Positions 28,333-37,119 of a stretch of DNA of 64,000 nucleotides are shown here, piece after piece. Under the pieces are notes generated by a model. That model was not told the origin of the DNA, searched no databases, and saw nothing but the letters and a program-made list of their open reading frames with translations. Both the position numbers and the translations under genes were made by a program. Numbering within the stretch: the first letter of the stretch is position 1; every line of letters begins with the position of its first letter. The stretch is from Candidatus Multivoradales bacterium (GTDB taxonomy: Bacteria; Acidobacteriota; Thermoanaerobaculia; Multivoradales; J023): the NCBI GenBank assembly GCA_965248925.1, contig CBDFLE010000006.1:192001-256000 (forward strand). The letters run 5' to 3'.

Positions 28333-29030
28333 GCTGTAAGAGCTACCACGACAACATCGCCCTGGCGGTCGAAGATGATCTCGACGCCGCCGCCGCCGGT
28401 CGGCTCGCACAACACCTCGAAGGCTGTGCTGACTGCCGCGCTCTGGCCGTCGAGCTGCGCGCCAGCCAGCGTGCGTTGCACAGCTGGGCTGAGCAAGGAA
28501 TCGACTCTGCCCTGCTGGTGGACATTCGGGCCGGCATCGCCCACCAACTCGACGGCTCGGCACCACCGCGCCGCACCCGATACCGCTGGCTGGCAGTCGC
28601 GGCAGTCCTGCTAGCGGCGCTGCTCACCCATCTCGTCCAGCGCCGGCCGGCACCACCCGCCGCTGCTCCAGCGGCCCGGGTGGCAGCCACAGCAGCGGTC
28701 GAGATCGAAACCCAGGAACCGCCGACGGTGCCAACCACGACATCGCCGCCGACCGTCAAGGCAACCGCCGATTCCATCCAGCAGCCACCTCTCGAGCCGC
28801 GGAAAGCCGCCCTAGCGACCCTGTCGAAGGAGCCTCCAGCAACACCCGAGCCGCAAAGGCATGCGCCGCCGCCAGTGATCGACCGACCGCAACCGAGCCA
28901 ACTCGCCGACCACACCCTCGAGCCAACGACCCTGCGCTGGATCCTCGACGATCCACCGACGGTGATCTACTGGCAGATCGACCCCTCCCCACCTGACCAG
29001 GAGAGTAAAGATGTCTCGTCCGAAGTTTGA
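28329..29030 (+). CDS. zf-HC2 anti-sigma factor
   Basis: HLEGCADC, one TM, Pro-rich tail. ATGA overlap with the sigma gene. Confidence 0.88.
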   Translation: MSCKSYHDNIALAVEDDLDAAAAGRLAQHLEGCADCRALAVELRASQRALHSWAEQGIDSALLVDIRAGIAHQLDGSAPPRRTRYRWLAVAAVLLAALLTHLVQRRPAPPAAAPAARVAATAAVEIETQEPPTVPTTTSPPTVKATADSIQQPPLEPRKAALATLSKEPPATPEPQRHAPPPVIDRPQPSQLADHTLEPTTLRWILDDPPTVIYWQIDPSPPDQESKDVSSEV

Positions 29031-29760
29031 AAGCCCGTTCTGTACTACCTTGTTACTAGCAGCGATCGCTTTGCTACTCGCCGCGCCACTGGCAGGCGAG
29101 GAGTCAGCCAACTCCGATCCGCCACGCACCGTCATCAAAGCCGTCCGGCACATCAATGTCGAAGATCTGGTCTCAACCCTCGAGCTGCTCGATATCACCT
29201 TCGCGATCAAGTCCGATCTCAACTCGGTGGTTCTACGAGGCCCCGATGGCGGCGACCTGCAGACCGCGCTGAAACTGATCGACGCACTCGACACCCCCAG
29301 TCCGACGATCAGCCTACGGGTCTTCATCCTCACTGGCTCGCGGCAGGCCAGCGAGCAAACCGAGCTGCCCGGCGAGCTCGAAGCGGTAACCCGCCAACTA
29401 CGCGACCTCTTTGGCTTCAAGAGCATCCGCTTGCTTGACACCGCGTTCCTGCAAGTCTTGGAGGGTCACCGCGGCTTCGTTGAAGGCGGCGTTCGCTTCG
29501 GCAGCGCCGCTGATCAACAGGGGCACTACGAACTGGTGTTCAGCAAAGCAAGGGTGTCGCCGCGGGAAGATGGCCCGGTGTTCATCCGGCTGGCTGGCCT
29601 CAAATTCAACCTCAACGGCAAAAACGGGCAAGGCGTCCGCCTGCAAACCGATGTCGAGGTACCGATGGGTCAGAAAGCGGTGATCGGCAAATCGACCCCG
29701 GGCGGCTCCAGCGACAGCCTGGTCCTGGTGGTCGAGGCCAGCGCCCCGAGCGGTCCCTAA
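29011..29760 (+). CDS. Exported protein with a secretin N-domain-like segment
   Basis: Signal peptide and NSVVLRGP...LIDALDTP (Secretin_N-like). Too short for a full secretin. Confidence 0.6.
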   Translation: MSRPKFESPFCTTLLLAAIALLLAAPLAGEESANSDPPRTVIKAVRHINVEDLVSTLELLDITFAIKSDLNSVVLRGPDGGDLQTALKLIDALDTPSPTISLRVFILTGSRQASEQTELPGELEAVTRQLRDLFGFKSIRLLDTAFLQVLEGHRGFVEGGVRFGSAADQQGHYELVFSKARVSPREDGPVFIRLAGLKFNLNGKNGQGVRLQTDVEVPMGQKAVIGKSTPGGSSDSLVLVVEASAPSGP

Positions 29761-29787
29761 ACGCGATCGACCCTGGGCTGAGTCGGC

Positions 29788-30621
29788 TCAATGGCCGAGC
29801 AGCTCATTGGCCTCGCCGTGTAGCAAGATGTCGTGGGCAAAGCCGTAGGTACCCGGCCCGCTGAGCTCTGCGGCGGCGCTGCGAAAGAGGGTCATTGCCG
29901 CCAGGGACACCAGGCCGCCAACGCTCAGCCGGGCAACCCCCAAAGCCTGCATCTCGGCCACCGGCGGCGCCGTCGCCTTGGCGAGAATATTCAGCGGTCC
30001 GCCGATCTCGCCCACCAGGGCACCGATGATCTCCGCATCAACGACCCCTGGAACGAAGACACAGTCGGCGCCCGCTTCGAGATAGGCGTTGCCCCGACGA
30101 ACCGTCTCGGCAAAGGACGCGGCATCGTGCGGGCGGCGCAAGTAGCAGTCGGTGCGGGCATTGATCAGCAGCGGAATGGCGCTCTTCTCGGCGGCCTGCC
30201 GGGCCGCCCGCAAGCGCTCTGCCGCGAGGGTCGCATCGAGCAGCAGCTCACCGGCTCGGCGACCGCTGTCCTCGAGATTGATCCCCACCGCGCCAGCGGC
30301 CAGGGTCTGGCGGACGGTTTCGGCGACGTCTTCTGGCAAGTCGCCGTAGCCGCCTTCGATATCGGCGCTCACCGGCACTGCGACAGCGCTAGCAATCCGC
30401 CGCACCATCGCCAGCATCTCGCGGCGGGAGATCTGCTCACCGTCAGCATAGCCCAGCAACCAGGCGATGCCGGCGCTGGAAGTCGCCACCGCCGGGAAGC
30501 CCGCCTGCTCGACGATTTTCGAGCTGCCAACATCGGCGGTGTTGAGCAAGACCAGAGTCTGCGGCCGGTGGTGGAGGCGCCGAAGCTGGGCTGCCTTGTC
30601 TGCTTGTGGGTTCGTTGCCAT
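29788..30621 (-). CDS. Isocitrate lyase/PEP mutase family protein
   Basis: ATSSAG, ADIEGGYG, GINLED, INARTD, AGADCVFVPG. Confidence 0.92.
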   Translation of the reverse strand: MATNPQADKAAQLRRLHHRPQTLVLLNTADVGSSKIVEQAGFPAVATSSAGIAWLLGYADGEQISRREMLAMVRRIASAVAVPVSADIEGGYGDLPEDVAETVRQTLAAGAVGINLEDSGRRAGELLLDATLAAERLRAARQAAEKSAIPLLINARTDCYLRRPHDAASFAETVRRGNAYLEAGADCVFVPGVVDAEIIGALVGEIGGPLNILAKATAPPVAEMQALGVARLSVGGLVSLAAMTLFRSAAAELSGPGTYGFAHDILLHGEANELLGH

Positions 30622-30634
30622 TGCCGTTCACTTC

Positions 30635-30666
30635 ATAGTCAGAGGGCGAAATAGTCAGAGGGCGAA
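30635..30666. repeat. Perfect 16-bp tandem duplication ATAGTCAGAGGGCGAA x2
   Basis: Read directly. Lies just upstream of the start at 30621. Confidence 0.9.
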
Positions 30667-30706
30667 AAGTCTATCCCGCACCGCGACCTCAGTGGTGGCT
30701 GCCGAA

Positions 30707-30739
30707 CAGTGGATCGACAGTGGATCGACAGCGGATCAA
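30707..30739. repeat. 11-bp tandem repeat CAGTGGATCGA x3 (third copy degenerate)
   Basis: Read directly. Confidence 0.9.
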
Positions 30740-30756
30740 GGCAGCGTGGCCGCGGC

Positions 30757-31527
30757 TCAGCCGTCAGTGGCCAAACGACGGAAGGTCAGGGGCAGTTTCT
30801 GGATTCCCTGCTGCCATTCGCCGACCACCTCCGAGCCGTCCGCAGACAAAGTACCGACAAAACTAGCGCTCAGAGAGGCAATCTCGAAGCGCAGGCTGCC
30901 GAGGAAAAACAACACCCGATCGGCGTTGATCGCCATCGACCCCTGATCGACGCTCTCCAGCGCCCCGCTGTAGGTGCCCTCTTGGTCGACGCTGACCCGC
31001 AACTCCAGCCGCAGAGCCGTGCTGCCCAGAAAAAGTGCTCCGCGCCAACCGCCGGCAGCACCCTCACCGGCGACGCCGGGGCCGATCCACTCAGCAACCG
31101 CTGGATCCACCGGTGCTGGCGCCTCGGCGGTTGTCGACTTCCGATCAAGCCGCAGGGCGCCTTCTTGCCCCGCTTGGCTGAAGGTACCGGCCATCACTGC
31201 GCCATCTTCACTGAGAGTGCCCGAGAAAGTCGGCTCCCCAGGAATCTTGGGGATCTTAAACGCCACCGTTCCTTCTTCGATCGACAGTTCCGAGAGTTCC
31301 AAATCGCTCAACCTCTGCTGCGGCACGTCGAAGTAGCCGCGCCACTCGCCGTCGGCATCTCGATCCAGATCGAGCACGATCTCGAGTTCGACACCGGATA
31401 TTCTCAGCAAGCCCTGCCAATGCCCTACCGGGACCACCGAATCGGCCGCCGCCGACCCGATCGCGGTCAGCGATAGCAGTAACAAGCCGCCGATCATCGA
31501 TTTGAGTGTGACTCTAGAAGCACTCAT
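30757..31527 (-). CDS. Secreted protein with two copies of a beta-rich domain
   Basis: Signal peptide. GHWQGLL...LEIVL...DVPQQ and GGWRGAL...LRLEL...ESVDQG...GEWQQG..LPLTF. AGGAG RBS. Confidence 0.75.
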   Translation of the reverse strand: MSASRVTLKSMIGGLLLLSLTAIGSAAADSVVPVGHWQGLLRISGVELEIVLDLDRDADGEWRGYFDVPQQRLSDLELSELSIEEGTVAFKIPKIPGEPTFSGTLSEDGAVMAGTFSQAGQEGALRLDRKSTTAEAPAPVDPAVAEWIGPGVAGEGAAGGWRGALFLGSTALRLELRVSVDQEGTYSGALESVDQGSMAINADRVLFFLGSLRFEIASLSASFVGTLSADGSEVVGEWQQGIQKLPLTFRRLATDG

Positions 31528-31574
31528 GTGGTCTCCTTGTAGTAGGCGGCTCAATCCAACGACTGACCCTCACT

Positions 31575-31616
31575 TGGCGATGTTCGAATGGCGATGTTCG
31601 AATGGCGATGTTCAAA
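31575..31616. repeat. 14-bp tandem repeat TGGCGATGTTCGAA x3 (third copy with one mismatch)
   Basis: Read directly. Lies in a divergent promoter region. Confidence 0.9.
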
Positions 31617-31700
31617 GTTGAATCGAGTCTACGACGGTTCGGTGGTGAATATTCAGGTTTGCAAACCTCGGCGGCCTTTTACCCGAGAAGGAAACACGCC

Positions 31701-33335
31701 TTGTCAGAGAATTCGACCCTCAACATCCAGCCCACCGCCGGCACCAGCAGCGCGGAACGTACCAACAAAGCTCGCCAGCTGCGGCTCAGCTTACTGCACC
31801 AGATCCTCGGCGATCGGTACCAGCTCAAGGCCTACCTTGGCCGCGGCGCCTTCGCCACCGTTTACCTAGCCCGCAATCGTCATTTGGAGCGTTTCGAGGC
31901 GATCAAGGTGCTGTCCGAGACTCTCGACGATCGGCGCCTAGCTCGCCGCTTCGTCGAGGAGGCCAAGGTGGTGGCCTCGCTGGACCACCCGAATATCGTC
32001 AAGGTCTACGACTACGGCGAGGTCGACGGCATCCTATGGTGCGCCATGCAGTACGTTGATGGGCCTACTCTGCGAGCCGAACTCAGGACTCGCGGCCAGA
32101 TAGAGCAGCAGCAGGCAATTCGCTTGGTGTTGCCCTTGCTCGAGGGTCTGGAACACAGCCACCGACACGGCATCGTCCATCGGGATGTCAAACCCAGCAA
32201 CATCCTGCTGAGCAGCGAGGGGCGCCCCTACTTGATGGACTTCGGCATCGCCAAGTCTACCCATGGCGGCTTGCGCACCATGACCGGTAACGTTCTGGGC
32301 ACCCCACACTACATCGCCCCGGAGCAGGTGGCAGGGGGTCAGATCGACGGCCGTGCCGACCTCTATGCGATCTCGGCGACCCTGTACGAACTGCTCAGCG
32401 GTCGGCCACCCTTTAGTGGCGAAACAGCGGTCCAGACGATGCTCAAACGCCTCAAGCAAGATCCTGAGCCGCTGGCGAGTCTCTTACCGCAGGTCGACCC
32501 CCGACTAGAGGCGGTGGTGCGCCGTGGGCTGGCCCGCGATGCTAGGAAACGCTTCGCCAGCGCCGCCGAGATGCACCACCACCTCGCCGCGCTGCAAAGT
32601 GCCAGCAGCGACAACATCTTGGTGCCCCGCGCCCGCGCTCCGCAACGCCGGAGCACCGAAATTAACAGTCTCTCGACCGCCAGTGAAGCGAGCCGCGCCC
32701 GGCGCAGTGAATCGAGCGACACGACCATGCGGTTGACGCTGGCCCCGGCAACCCGCCTTTGGCTGCTACTGCTGGCCAGCGCCTTGATCGTCCTGGCCTT
32801 GGCCGGTAGGTGGATCTGGCAGCAGCGGCCAGCAGAGACTCCCTTCGCCGACTCGGAAACACAGCTACCGAGACTAGCTGTCCAGGCCGGCGATTCCCGG
32901 TCGCCGCCAGCCGTCGGCCCACCGGCAACAACTCAACCACCAGCAGAGGCTCCGCCGCCGAGCAAACCCACCGCCATGGCGGAGCGCCCCTCAACCCGGG
33001 CTGCCACTCCCTCAACCACCGCTGCAAGCAGAGAAGCTAGCGCATCGGCAATCCCTCGCCGCGCCCTGCTGCCACCAAAGATCTTGCAATCCGTAGAGCC
33101 CAAGCTCGACCCGACCCAGGTCGAGCAATGTTCTGGGCAAGAAGTCATCATCACCGTGCGAGTAGGTGAGAACGGCCGTGCCGCAGGTGCCAGAGTTCTG
33201 CGTTCAGGACATCCGACCTGTGCCGAAGCTGCCCGCCGGGCAGCCGAAGCCTACTTTTTTCAACCCGCCAGCGATGCCGCCGGCCAGCCGGTAGCCAGTT
33301 CCATCACGATCTTCATCGGATTCGGAGGCCAATGA
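31701..33335 (+). CDS. Hanks-type Ser/Thr kinase with a TM and C-terminal TonB_C-like domain
   Basis: GRGAFATVY, AIK, HRDVKPSN, DFG, APE. Then TM, Pro-rich linker and VRVGENGR...FQPA...GQPV. TTG 31701 chosen for its AAGGA RBS. Confidence 0.9.
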   Translation: MSENSTLNIQPTAGTSSAERTNKARQLRLSLLHQILGDRYQLKAYLGRGAFATVYLARNRHLERFEAIKVLSETLDDRRLARRFVEEAKVVASLDHPNIVKVYDYGEVDGILWCAMQYVDGPTLRAELRTRGQIEQQQAIRLVLPLLEGLEHSHRHGIVHRDVKPSNILLSSEGRPYLMDFGIAKSTHGGLRTMTGNVLGTPHYIAPEQVAGGQIDGRADLYAISATLYELLSGRPPFSGETAVQTMLKRLKQDPEPLASLLPQVDPRLEAVVRRGLARDARKRFASAAEMHHHLAALQSASSDNILVPRARAPQRRSTEINSLSTASEASRARRSESSDTTMRLTLAPATRLWLLLLASALIVLALAGRWIWQQRPAETPFADSETQLPRLAVQAGDSRSPPAVGPPATTQPPAEAPPPSKPTAMAERPSTRAATPSTTAASREASASAIPRRALLPPKILQSVEPKLDPTQVEQCSGQEVIITVRVGENGRAAGARVLRSGHPTCAEAARRAAEAYFFQPASDAAGQPVASSITIFIGFGGQ

Positions 33336-34006
33336 TGCGTACAACAGCTTTCACCATGCTCATTTCGCTTGGACTAGGTGCCTGCGCCTCGGTGGGGCCG
33401 CCAGCGAAACTGATCAGCGTCGAAGTGGTGTCTGAACCCACCGGGGTCGAGGTCACCCTTCGTGGTCGATCAATCGGCCGCACACCCTTGGCATTTGAGG
33501 TAGCCGAACTGAGCGAGATCGTCGAGGTCTCCGCTGCCAACAGCCAGCCCCCCTTGATAGAGCGGCGGATCAAGATGCTGGCGGCCGACCGTGCCCGCAT
33601 CACCCTACGCCTGGGCGACCAACCCACCGCCCTCGCCCAACGCCTCGGCCTGACCCGGATTGTAACTTTCGACAACAACGGTCTAGCCACTTTCGACCTA
33701 GAAAGCGCCGAACTCAGAGAGTCCTTCCTACCCACCCTCGATCAGCAAGCAGACTTGCTTTCCGAGTTCTTCTCCGAGGTCGAGATCTACATCTGTGGCC
33801 ATACCGACACCAGCGGTAGTGACGACTACAACCGCGTGCTATCGCTCAACCGAGCCCGTGCCGTCTCGTCCTATTTGCTATCCCGAGGGGTAGAGGAAGA
33901 GCGCTTCAGAATCCAGGGATTCGGTCCCGACTATCCCCTCGCCCCCAACACCGACGCCGCCGGCCGAGCACTCAACCGCCGCACCGAGATCGTGCTGCCG
34001 GACTAG
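33332..34006 (+). CDS. PEGA-like + OmpA C-terminal domain lipoprotein
   Basis: Lipobox LGAC, SEPTGVEV...GRTP, GHTDTSG...NRVLSLNRA, NRRTEI. Confidence 0.9.
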   Translation: MMRTTAFTMLISLGLGACASVGPPAKLISVEVVSEPTGVEVTLRGRSIGRTPLAFEVAELSEIVEVSAANSQPPLIERRIKMLAADRARITLRLGDQPTALAQRLGLTRIVTFDNNGLATFDLESAELRESFLPTLDQQADLLSEFFSEVEIYICGHTDTSGSDDYNRVLSLNRARAVSSYLLSRGVEEERFRIQGFGPDYPLAPNTDAAGRALNRRTEIVLPD

Positions 34007-34213
34007 CGGGACGAGGGCTTTAGCGTCTGTAGTGGAAGTCTGCCACTTGCGGCAGCGAGCAATTCTTCGTCAGCTCAAGGCGCAAGGACGCAGGAATATC
34101 GGGGAACGCGGCAGGAAGCGCGACGACGCGAGGGGCGATGCATGGGTGGCAGAATACCGGAACCTCTTCCCTCGCGGACCCTCGGCCGCTCCAGCCGCTT
34201 GGCGGTTACCGCT

Positions 34214-35026
34214 TCAGTCGATAATCTCGATCTCGAAGCTGTTCTCGGGTCCAGCGCCAGCAACCTTCGGTACGGCGTAGATCGACACCGTGTAGCGGCC
34301 CACGGGAAGGTGCATCTGCAGCGGGTAGAAATCACCGCCCTGGATCTGCAACGGACCGCTGTGGAACACCCTGCCATCCTCGGCAAGGATCTCTACCGTG
34401 CATTGGGCACAAGCGTCGAGAGGGTTCGCCGGATAAATTTCAGCCACTACGCCGGGATTGAACTGCCACGGCCCACGACGACCGCCACCGCGCTCGGTGC
34501 CGAGATTCACCGCGACCCAATCTGGGGTCACGGTTTGCTGCGACCGCAACTCGCGAACTTGGCGTCCGCTCTCTAACCACAGCAGGGTCGGCAGCACCGC
34601 GGCTAGAACCGCCGCCGCGAGCCATCGCCAACCGCCGCTGCGGCGTCGCGCGGCGGGCGCGGCCAGCGGAGCGGCGACAGGGGTGGCGGGCGGTGACTTG
34701 GGACGTAGCAGATCGACCTCCTCTGCCAACAGCCGGCGGCTCATCCGCGCCAGCTCGAGTTCGGCGGCAATTTCGGGGTCTAGCTCGAGATGTAACTCGA
34801 CCAGCTCACGCTCCTGCTCTGAAATAGGCTCGTCGTGGGCCAGAGCAACCAGAGTCTCGGTGGTCGGGCGACGAGCAAAGAGACTAGCGACAAATGCGGT
34901 GTCAGCCAGATCGGTGCGGCTCTCGACAGACTCCTTGAGCTGCGCGAGAAGCTCATCGCGTTCGCTTTCGGTCAAGCTACCGTTCAGCAACCAGGGGCTG
35001 AGTTCGATGAGTTCTTGTCGATTCAC
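34214..35026 (-). CDS. Putative anti-sigma factor with two Cys-less ZAS-like repeats and a TM
   Basis: LSPWLLNGSLTESER and ERELVELHLELDPEIAAELE. TM WLAAAVLAAVL. Lies downstream of an ECF sigma gene. Confidence 0.7.
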   Translation of the reverse strand: MNRQELIELSPWLLNGSLTESERDELLAQLKESVESRTDLADTAFVASLFARRPTTETLVALAHDEPISEQERELVELHLELDPEIAAELELARMSRRLLAEEVDLLRPKSPPATPVAAPLAAPAARRRSGGWRWLAAAVLAAVLPTLLWLESGRQVRELRSQQTVTPDWVAVNLGTERGGGRRGPWQFNPGVVAEIYPANPLDACAQCTVEILAEDGRVFHSGPLQIQGGDFYPLQMHLPVGRYTVSIYAVPKVAGAGPENSFEIEIID

Positions 35027-35203
35027 GGGACACGCTCCATAACATTTGAGTCGTTCTTGTGTTCTCCCCTCAACTCTCTTAGGCGCCTGACACAGCAGAA
35101 AGTTACAGCCGAGGATGAAGAAACAAGGAAGAATTGTCTAAAGTCATGCATTGCCTTACGGATTTGAGCCAAAAATCTAGACTGAGGGATAAAGCCTGTT
35201 TCT

Positions 35204-35860
35204 TCAGTCCTCGCCGTCGTTCTCCTCACCGTCCTCCTTGGCAAGTCCGAGCAACTCGTCTCGCAGCTCTACGGCCCGCTGGCGGCACCGATTCACCTTC
35301 ACCCGCAGGGTGCCTGATTTAGCACCCAGCCGCTGACTCATCTCGGTGTAGCTCAGGCCGCCAGCAATCATCATCCACAGCTTCTTGCAGTTTTTGTCGA
35401 TCCGCCGCAGCACTTGGCGAATCAAATCGCGATCTTCGAATCGCGCGCGGTCGAAACGTAGATCCGCGATCTCTTCTTCGAGTCCGCTCAACCTGTCATC
35501 GAGTTCCAACCACTGCCAGCGGGATCTGGACCGCAGACGATCCATGCAGGTGCTGATCACCACCCGGCCAAGATAGGATCTGAGCCTGGAGTCACCGCGG
35601 AACCGCCCCCGCTTGAAGATCCGGGTCACTGTCATTAGCAATTCCTGGCACAGATCCTCCCACTCGTCGAAGAGGCGCGAGCGAAAGGGCCAAGCTGCCC
35701 GCTCGACCCATGCCTTAACCTCGGCGACAACTTGCGCGTCGCCATCCAGGAAACGCTGGATCAGCAACTGATCGTCTGGATGCAAAAATGCCCCTTCCCG
35801 GTCTTCACTACCGGCTCTTCCGCCGGCTCTCGGGCCAACCTCATCGCCCTCTGCCACCAC
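35204..35860 (-). CDS. ECF sigma-70 factor
   Basis: WEDLCQE...FRGDSRLRSYLGRVVISTCMDRLR and region 4 GLSYTEMSQRLGAKSGTLRVKVNRCR. Start uncertain. Confidence 0.85.
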   Translation of the reverse strand: MVAEGDEVGPRAGGRAGSEDREGAFLHPDDQLLIQRFLDGDAQVVAEVKAWVERAAWPFRSRLFDEWEDLCQELLMTVTRIFKRGRFRGDSRLRSYLGRVVISTCMDRLRSRSRWQWLELDDRLSGLEEEIADLRFDRARFEDRDLIRQVLRRIDKNCKKLWMMIAGGLSYTEMSQRLGAKSGTLRVKVNRCRQRAVELRDELLGLAKEDGEENDGED

Positions 35861-35882
35861 TCCTGACGGCGGCGATCTTACC

Positions 35883-37106
35883 CTAAGACAGAATTTCTCG
35901 GGATCCAGCCAGCGCCGCCGAGCCAGCGGCGGCGCCAGCGCGGTAAACCCTGCCATCGCCCCGCAGGCTGTAAGACTCGGTCGATGCGGGGACGAAGAAA
36001 GAATCTCCCTGGCAAAACGGCCGCGCAGACTCGCCGGCGGCGGCCAGCTCGCCCTGACCGGCGGTGACCAGCAGGATCTCACCGCCGCCCAACGTCTCCA
36101 CCGCGACTTCCTGCTCAGCGAGCTGCCAGTAATCGAGCACCAGCTGGCCGTCTGGACTGCACACCCGGTGCTGTTGCGGTCCGGCCTTTTGCGGCCGCAG
36201 CAGTTCCACCGGTTGGGGGGCAAAGCGCAAGATGTCGAGCAAGCCGTCCACATCGACATGCTTGGCGGTCAAACCGCCGCGTAGGACATTGTCGGAACTG
36301 CCCATCAGCTCCAAGCCGACACCCTCAAGATAGGCGTGCAAGATACCTGGCCCAGTGTAGACGGCACTGCCCGGCGAGAGTTCAAAGACATGCAGCAAGA
36401 GAGGAGAAATCAGACCTCGGTCGCCGGGATAAGCACGACCTAATCGCCCGATCCAGCTCCAGGCCGGGTCACCGTGCAAGCTGCTCGCCACCGCCAGCAA
36501 ATGCTCGAGCACCACCGCCGTGCGCTGCTCCGACAACTGCCACCAGGCGCGGTAGAAGCTCTCCAAAGCCAGCGCCGGATCACTGGCGTCGAGCAGCACC
36601 GCTTGGGGCAGCAAATCCACCAAGCCAGCCGCCGCCAACAGCTGACGAATCTGACGCGGCGAACGAAAGCCGCGCAGCACCCAAAATGGCTCCAGGGCCA
36701 GCAAGATCTCAGGTTTTGCGTGTGCATCGCGGTAGCTGCGATCCGCCGCGGCCAAGGCCAGGCCGGCGGCGTTGTCACGGTCAAAACCCCGTCGCGCCTG
36801 CTGGGCATTGGGATGGGCCTGAATCGACAGCGGTTCGGCAGCGGCCAGCACTTTAAACAAGAAGGGCAAACTTCCCGAGCTGCGGCCGATCATCGCCTGG
36901 GGAGCCGCGGCAATGACTTCGTCGAGACCGCGCCAATCAGCACCCTCTTCAACCGCTGAGGGCGCCTTCGGATGGTCGCCCAACCAAAGCTCGGCCTGCG
37001 GCTCAGCAGCCGGTTGGCGAGCCCCCAGCAACTTGGCGATGGCGATGCGTGAGCCCCAGGCATAGGGCTGAATCGGGTTGCGCAGTCGGCGGATCGAATG
37101 GGTCAT
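35883..37106 (-). CDS. manA: Mannose-6-phosphate isomerase, class I
   Basis: YAWGS, AELWLGDHP, LPFLFKVL, LSIQAHP, HAYLEG, SSDNVLRGGLT. Confidence 0.95.
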   Translation of the reverse strand: MTHSIRRLRNPIQPYAWGSRIAIAKLLGARQPAAEPQAELWLGDHPKAPSAVEEGADWRGLDEVIAAAPQAMIGRSSGSLPFLFKVLAAAEPLSIQAHPNAQQARRGFDRDNAAGLALAAADRSYRDAHAKPEILLALEPFWVLRGFRSPRQIRQLLAAAGLVDLLPQAVLLDASDPALALESFYRAWWQLSEQRTAVVLEHLLAVASSLHGDPAWSWIGRLGRAYPGDRGLISPLLLHVFELSPGSAVYTGPGILHAYLEGVGLELMGSSDNVLRGGLTAKHVDVDGLLDILRFAPQPVELLRPQKAGPQQHRVCSPDGQLVLDYWQLAEQEVAVETLGGGEILLVTAGQGELAAAGESARPFCQGDSFFVPASTESYSLRGDGRVYRAGAAAGSAALAGSREILS

Positions 37107-37119
37107 GCCGAAGGCTATC

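Noticed and set aside
30635-31616. Tandem repeats as a CRISPR array
   Set aside because: Units are 11-16 bp and contiguous with no spacers, and no cas genes are present.
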